A stretch of 21,684 nucleotides of DNA, taken from NCBI GenBank assembly GCA_050115495.1, contig JASFQK010000057.1, positions 1 through 21,684 on the forward strand. Direction: 5' to 3'. The position numbers and the translations under genes were made by a program. The notes beneath the pieces are model-generated. The model saw only the letters and a program-made list of their open reading frames with translations. It did not search any database and was not told the origin of the DNA. The first letter of the stretch is position 1; every line of letters starts with the position of its first letter. The stretch is from Phycisphaerae bacterium. Lineage in GTDB: Bacteria; Planctomycetota; Phycisphaerae; UBA1845; Fen-1342. Positions 17,188-21,684 of the stretch are shown here, one piece after another.

Positions 17188-18228
17188 GTGCACGTATTGC
17201 CCCCCTACCATCGTATTCTGCTGCTGACCGAAGGCCGCCTCGGCGCGTTTACGGCGAAGACGGCGGCCACGCTGCTGCGCTATCGGCCGGCGGATATCGT
17301 CGCCATCGTCGATAGTACCGCCGCCGGCAGGGACGTGCGCGAGGTCATCCCGTGGGCGCCCGCGGTTCCGATTGTCGGCAAGGTCGAGGCCACCCTGGCA
17401 GAGCGGCCGGACGCGCTGTTCGTCGGCGTAGCACCGCCCGGGGGCGAATTGCCGCCGGCGATGCGGCGGCACGTCGAGTCGGCGATCGAACACGGGCTGG
17501 ACGTGGTCAGCGGGTTGCACCAGTTTTTGGCGGACGATCCGGCGTTGGCGGCGGCGGCCGACTGCAAGGGCGTGCGGCTGCTCGATCTGCGGCGACCGCC
17601 GGCGCGGCGAGTGCTGGCCTGCGGAAAGGCGCGGCAGACGCGTTGCCGGCGGATTCTGACGGTGGGGACGGACGGCAACGTGGGGAAAATGGCGGCGGCG
17701 TTGGAGCTGACCGCCGAAGCGCGGCGGCGCGGCCTGCGGGCGGAGTTCCTCGCGACGGGGCAGTCGGGAACGATGATCGCCGGCCGCGGGATCGCCGTGG
17801 ACGCCATCGCCTCCGACTTCGCCCCGGGGGCAATTGAGGAGTTGGTGCTCTCCGTGGCTGATGCGGACGTGTGTTTCGTGGAGGGCCAGGGCAGCCTCGC
17901 TCACCCCGGCTTCTCGGCGGTGACGCTGGCGCTGCTGCACGGGGCGTGTCCGGACGCGTTGATTCTGGTGCACCATGCCGGCCGGACGCACTACAGTGCG
18001 ACGCCGGAAATCGCCATTCCGCCGCTGCGCGAGCTGCGGGCGGTGTACGAACAGGTGGCCTCGCTGCTGCACCCGGCCCGCGTGGCGGGGGTGGCCCTCA
18101 ACCCGCTGGGGCAGGACGAGCGGACGTGGCGGGCGGAGGCCCGGCGGCTGGAACAGGAGCTGCGCCTGCCGGTCGGGGACGTTTTCGCCGGCGGGGCCGA
18201 GCGGCTGCTGGACGCGGCGTTGGCCTGA
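17188..18228 (+). CDS. DUF1611 family P-loop protein (DgcN-like N-acetyltransferase family)
   Basis: AKTAATLLRY, GVAPPGGELP, VVSGLH, TVGTDGNVGKM, ATGQSG, DAIASDF.PGAIE, VEGQGSLAHP, LLHGACPDALILVH. Confidence 0.9.
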   Translation: MHVLPPYHRILLLTEGRLGAFTAKTAATLLRYRPADIVAIVDSTAAGRDVREVIPWAPAVPIVGKVEATLAERPDALFVGVAPPGGELPPAMRRHVESAIEHGLDVVSGLHQFLADDPALAAAADCKGVRLLDLRRPPARRVLACGKARQTRCRRILTVGTDGNVGKMAAALELTAEARRRGLRAEFLATGQSGTMIAGRGIAVDAIASDFAPGAIEELVLSVADADVCFVEGQGSLAHPGFSAVTLALLHGACPDALILVHHAGRTHYSATPEIAIPPLRELRAVYEQVASLLHPARVAGVALNPLGQDERTWRAEARRLEQELRLPVGDVFAGGAERLLDAALA

Positions 18229-18240
18229 AAGGGGGTCGGC

Positions 18241-18268
18241 TTGCAACGGCCGGCGGGGCGGCCATAAT
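18241..18268 (+). promoter_or_regulatory. sigma70-like promoter of the Cys-tail lipoprotein
   Basis: TTGCAA (18241-46), 16 bp spacer, CATAAT (18263-68), then GGAGG RBS before ATG 18323. Confidence 0.55.
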
Positions 18269-18322
18269 GCTGTTCACTTTTGAGATCTCTGGCTCGTTAA
18301 GCAAAGGACAGTGGAGGAAAAC

Positions 18323-18763
18323 ATGCGCAGACTCCTGAGTGGGTTGGTGTTGTCGAGCGTGGCGTTGCTGCTGACCGGCTGTGGCGGTATGACGGGCACG
18401 TGGGCGATGAAGTCGATCGAGCCCGAGTCGGCCAAGGACCAGTTCGGCATGCAGATGCTGACCCTGGCCAAGGACCAGACGTTCACCATGTACACGCCGT
18501 GTGGGAAGGAAATCGGCGGCACGTGGACCTATGACGCCAAAACCAAGCTCCTCGCCTTCAAGTACGGTGAGGACAAGGAGCGCACGTACAAGGCGTGCAT
18601 GGACGGCGGCAACCTGGTGGTGTCGAGTGCCGAAGAGAGCAAGGACTGGAAGGTCGTGCTCGAGCGTCACAAGTGCTCCTGCGGCAAGTGCACCTGCGGA
18701 GGCGCGTGCGGGAGCAGCACCGAGGGGTGCGATCCGAAAAAGTGCCCCAGCGCGAAGGAATGA
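18323..18763 (+). CDS. putative lipoprotein, lipocalin-like beta domain plus Cys-rich C-terminal tail
   Basis: Lipobox LTGC, G-T-W motifs and alternating beta-strand pattern. Tail HKCSCGKCTCGGACGSSTEGCDPKKCPSAKE. Confidence 0.8.
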   Translation: MRRLLSGLVLSSVALLLTGCGGMTGTWAMKSIEPESAKDQFGMQMLTLAKDQTFTMYTPCGKEIGGTWTYDAKTKLLAFKYGEDKERTYKACMDGGNLVVSSAEESKDWKVVLERHKCSCGKCTCGGACGSSTEGCDPKKCPSAKE

Positions 18764-18784
18764 CGGATCACGACTGAACCACGC

Positions 18785-18827
18785 GCGGGGCTTCCGGTCG
18801 GCGCGGCCGGGAGCCCCGCTGTGCTTT
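18785..18827 (+). terminator. probable intrinsic terminator
   Basis: GCGGGGCTTCCGGTCG-gcg-CGGCCGGGAGCCCCGC (16-bp stem with 2 G-U pairs) followed by TGTGCTTT, about 20 bp after the stop. Confidence 0.6.
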
Positions 18828-18855
18828 GAGCCGCCGCAGCCCGGGGCCCCGGAAT

Positions 18856-19299
18856 ATGAGTGAGACCGGTCCCATCCAGGAGGGCGTCGTCGTCGTCATT
18901 CGCCGCGACGGGCGCTTTCTCGTTATCCGCCGGGCGGCGCATATTCTGGCGGGCGGGGCATGGTGCTTCGTCGGCGGGGCCATCGAGCCGGGGGAAGCGC
19001 AGCCGGACGCGGTGCGGCGCGAGTTTCGGGAAGAGATGGGGGCGACGGTCCGCCCGGTGCGCCAGGTGTGGGAGTACATGCGGCCCGACGGGCGGTTGCG
19101 GCTGTACTGGTGGCTGGCTGAACTCGACGATCATCAGACGTTGCGTCCGGAGCCGGCGGAGGTGGCCGAGTTTCGCTGGTGCACGCCGGATGAGGTTGAG
19201 GCGCTGCCGGGCATTCTTGAAGGGAACGTGGCGTTTCTTCGCGAGGTCGGGCGCGATCTCATCCGTAGCGGCCGGTCTCCGTGCCGGCCGTCTTCGTAG
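18856..19299 (+). CDS. NUDIX hydrolase (MutT-like)
   Basis: Nudix box GGAIEPGEAQPDAVRREFREEMG. Confidence 0.92.
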   Translation: MSETGPIQEGVVVVIRRDGRFLVIRRAAHILAGGAWCFVGGAIEPGEAQPDAVRREFREEMGATVRPVRQVWEYMRPDGRLRLYWWLAELDDHQTLRPEPAEVAEFRWCTPDEVEALPGILEGNVAFLREVGRDLIRSGRSPCRPSS

Positions 19300-19537
19300 C
19301 GTCCGGGCTCCGTACCGGACGTCTTGCGTCGCTCGACGTCGGCCGCGAGTGTATGGCAGGTCCCGCGCGGCGCAGGCATGTTGTTCCTGACGTAAGGGGA
19401 AGACATGCCGGCGCCTAGGGCTTCGGCATGCCACACTCCGGTGGCGTGGCTCCGGGCTGATGGCTGATGGCTTCGCGACGACGGCCGACGCGGAGGTCGG
19501 CCGCTACAAGACGTCCGGTACGGAGCCCGGACGCTGC
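19265..19537. repeat. cluster of GTAG-type REP hairpins (BIME/REPIN-like)
   Basis: + copies at 19265-19290 and 19296-19321; - copies at 19482-19507 and 19512-19537. 19296-19326 and 19507-19537 form a 30/31-bp inverted repeat. Confidence 0.85.
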
Positions 19538-19547
19538 ACGCACGAAC

Positions 19548-20483
19548 ATGTTGCGATTAACCCTGCGACGCTTGCTGACCTTTCCACTCGTGCTGCTGCT
19601 GATGTACGGCGGCGCGGTGCTGCTGGTTATGGCCACGCCGGGAGAGGGCCTCGAAGCGGGCGAGAAGGAGATGCCGCCGGAGGTGCTGGCGGCCAAGCGC
19701 CACCTCTACAACTACGATCAGCCGTGGTACGAGCGGTACTTCTGGACGTGGCCGCGGCGGCTCATCTGGGATCAGGACCTGCCCGCTCATCAATACGAAG
19801 ACTGGACGGTCGTCGAGATCATGCGCTCGGCGCTGCCGGTATCGCTGCAACTGGGCGTGCTGGCGCTGGGGCTGGCGGTCGTGCTGGGTATCGGCGTCGG
19901 CGTGCTGTCGGCGGCCCACCGCGGCCGGCTGCTCGACCACCTGTCCGTCGGGCTGTGCCTGGTCGGCATCTCACTGCCGACGTTCGTCATCGGCACGGTG
20001 CTGCTCATCGTCGTCGCCATCTGGCTGCACGCCGCTCCGGTCGGCGGCTGGGGACGGCCTGGACAGGCCATCCTGCCGGCGATCACGCTGGCCCTGCCGT
20101 ACGCCGCGTACATCGCCCGGCTGACGCGTAGCGGTCTACTCGACGCGTACGCCGAGGATTACGTGCGAACGGCCCGAGCCAAGGGGCTCAGCGAAACGCG
20201 CGTGCTGCTCGACCACGCCCTGCGAAACGCCCTGCTGCCGGTGCTCAGCTACCTGGGTCCGGCCGCCGCGGCGATCTTCACGGGGTCGTTCGTCGTCGAG
20301 AAGATCTTCACGATTCCCGGCATGGGGACGCACGTCGTCGAATCGATCAACAACCGCGACCAGAGCCTGATCCTGGCGACGGTCATGGTCTACGGCGTGT
20401 TTCTGGCGAGCTTCAACCTGCTGGTCGACCTGCTGTACGGGGCGGTCGATCCGCGCGTCCGCGTCGGAGCAACCGCGCCATGA
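19548..20483 (+). CDS. oppB: oligopeptide/dipeptide ABC transporter permease, OppB-like
   Basis: PVSLQLG, GISLPTFVIG, ILPAITL, EAA loop EDYVRTARAKGLSE, HALRNALLP, GSFVVEKIFTIPGMG, DPRVR. Confidence 0.93.
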   Translation: MLRLTLRRLLTFPLVLLLMYGGAVLLVMATPGEGLEAGEKEMPPEVLAAKRHLYNYDQPWYERYFWTWPRRLIWDQDLPAHQYEDWTVVEIMRSALPVSLQLGVLALGLAVVLGIGVGVLSAAHRGRLLDHLSVGLCLVGISLPTFVIGTVLLIVVAIWLHAAPVGGWGRPGQAILPAITLALPYAAYIARLTRSGLLDAYAEDYVRTARAKGLSETRVLLDHALRNALLPVLSYLGPAAAAIFTGSFVVEKIFTIPGMGTHVVESINNRDQSLILATVMVYGVFLASFNLLVDLLYGAVDPRVRVGATAP

Positions 20484-21367
20484 CGCCGGCCCGCACCCAG
20501 CTCTGGCGACGATTCTGGCGCAATCGGGCCGCCGCCGCGTCGGTCATCGTGCTGGTGGCGATGGTGCTGATCTGCTTCGTCACGCTGTTCTGGTCGGCGC
20601 CGCGCATGCGACAGCAGGATCTGAGCCTCGTGCGGCAGCCGCCGTCGGCGGCGCAGCCGTTCGGCACGGACGAGCTGGGCCGCAGCCTGTTGTGGCGGAC
20701 GGCGTACGGTGGGGCGATTTCGCTGAGCCTCGGGCTGCTGGCCGCCGGTCTGGCGACGCTGATCGGTACGGCGTACGGGCTGATCGCGGGCTACGTCGGC
20801 GGGCGGTGCGACGAGATCATGATGCGGATCGTGGACGTGCTGTACGCGCTGCCGTACATGCTGCTGGTGATGCTGTTCGCCGTGTCGATCGGGGCGTGGC
20901 TTGAACAGGCGCGGTTCCTGGGCACGGAGTGGTCGCGGTTCGTTGTTGTGGCCCTGGCGATCGGCGGGGTCAGTTGGTTGACGATGGCCCGGGTCGTGCG
21001 CGGGCAGGTGCTCAGCATCCGCGAGCAGCCGTACATCGAGGCCGCCCGGGCCCTGGGCGTGCCGGTCCCGCGCATCTTGGTGCGGCACATTCTGCCGAAC
21101 CTGGTCGGTCCGATCGTCGTCTTCGCCACGCTGACGGTGCCGCAGGCCATCCTTCAGGAATCATTCCTCAGCTTCCTCGGCGTCGGCGTCCAGCCGCCAC
21201 AGGCGACGTGGGGCTCGCTCGCCGCCGACGGCGTCCGGCTGCTGAACCCGATTCAAATCGACTGGTGGCTGCTGGTATTCCCGTGTGCGGCGTTGTCGGT
21301 CACGCTGCTGGCGCTGAATTTCGTGGGCGACGGCCTGCGCGACGCGCTGGACGTGCGGGGGAAGTGA
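20480..21367 (+). CDS. oppC: oligopeptide/dipeptide ABC transporter permease, OppC-like
   Basis: WRRFWRNRAA, PFGTDELGR, ARVVRGQVLSIREQPYIEAARALG, HILPN, ESFLSFLGVG, NFVGDGLRDALD. ATGA overlap with oppB. Confidence 0.93.
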   Translation: MTPARTQLWRRFWRNRAAAASVIVLVAMVLICFVTLFWSAPRMRQQDLSLVRQPPSAAQPFGTDELGRSLLWRTAYGGAISLSLGLLAAGLATLIGTAYGLIAGYVGGRCDEIMMRIVDVLYALPYMLLVMLFAVSIGAWLEQARFLGTEWSRFVVVALAIGGVSWLTMARVVRGQVLSIREQPYIEAARALGVPVPRILVRHILPNLVGPIVVFATLTVPQAILQESFLSFLGVGVQPPQATWGSLAADGVRLLNPIQIDWWLLVFPCAALSVTLLALNFVGDGLRDALDVRGK

Positions 21368-21395
21368 GGCTCTTGATCGACGGCGGGAAACGATA

Positions 21396-21434
21396 GAGCC
21401 CCTGCCCCGGCATAGCTCGCCAGGACAGGGGCTC
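21396..21434. terminator. long hairpin downstream of oppC (terminator-like)
   Basis: GAGCCCCTGCCCCGGC-atagctc-GCCAGGACAGGGGCTC: 16-bp stem whose two mismatches are G-U pairs only on the minus strand. Confidence 0.45.
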
Positions 21435-21558
21435 ATCGGATCGGGCTTCCAGGGTGTGAACTCGGTGCTTCCTGCCCCCGAGCCGGTATCAGCAACGACC
21501 TACAGCATCCCCGGTCGCGCTGCCAGGAGGCGTATCACGAGCCTGACAGGCGTTGCTG

Positions 21559-21684
21559 CTAGTGTAGTGCCTCACAAATACGCTAACGTATGATAGCTTG
21601 GCGTGTCTTCTTCTTTGCAGGAGGATACAGCCATGCGTCGAGCGGTTGCGATCAAGCTGACCAAGGATGAACGGACCACGTTGA
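21559..21684 (+). mobile_element. IS630-family insertion sequence, left end (partial, runs off window end)
   Basis: CTAG-TGTAGTGCCTCACAAATACG..., identical in inverted orientation to 1-123. Confidence 0.8.
21633..21684 (+). CDS. IS630-family transposase N-terminus (partial: MRRAVAIKLTKDERTTL)
   Basis: GGAGG at 21620-24, ATG 21633, frame open to the window end. Confidence 0.75.
   Translation, partial: MRRAVAIKLTKDERTTL

Noticed and set aside
19265..19537. Possible CRISPR array
   Set aside because: The units are inverted and of two types, with no regular repeat-spacer period and no cas genes; a REP cluster fits better.
21435..21558. Possible tRNA, SRP RNA or riboswitch in the oppC-IS gap
   Set aside because: I could not identify a cloverleaf or any family-defining motif by eye; an Rfam search is needed.

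Overview
GC-rich bacterial chromosomal segment, probably Planctomycetota (Phycisphaerae-like). That placement is inferred from a prepilin-cleavage/DUF1559-type gene, several lipoproteins and the repeat types. Both ends are the same IS630-family left end in inverted orientation (1-124 is the exact reverse complement of 21558-21681), each with its transposase reading outwards, so the window looks like a contig broken at two IS copies. The first ~2.2 kb is accessory: a Zn-ribbon ORF, a mosaic lipoprotein and a decayed IS4-family transposase. The rest is mostly core: DUF1559-type protein, miaA, two lipoproteins, addB-addA, gpsA, an orphan histidine kinase, a YfhO-like membrane protein, DUF1611/DgcN, a lipoprotein with a Cys-rich tail, a NUDIX hydrolase and oppB-oppC. 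The most unusual signals are non-genic. (i) An ~86-bp element with conserved inverted arms and an exactly 42-bp but sequence-variable spacer occurs three times, once translated in frame inside AddA. (ii) GTAG-headed REP-like hairpins overlap the TAG stop codons of several genes. I see no CRISPR array, rRNA or tRNA, and no complete novel multi-gene system that I can support.
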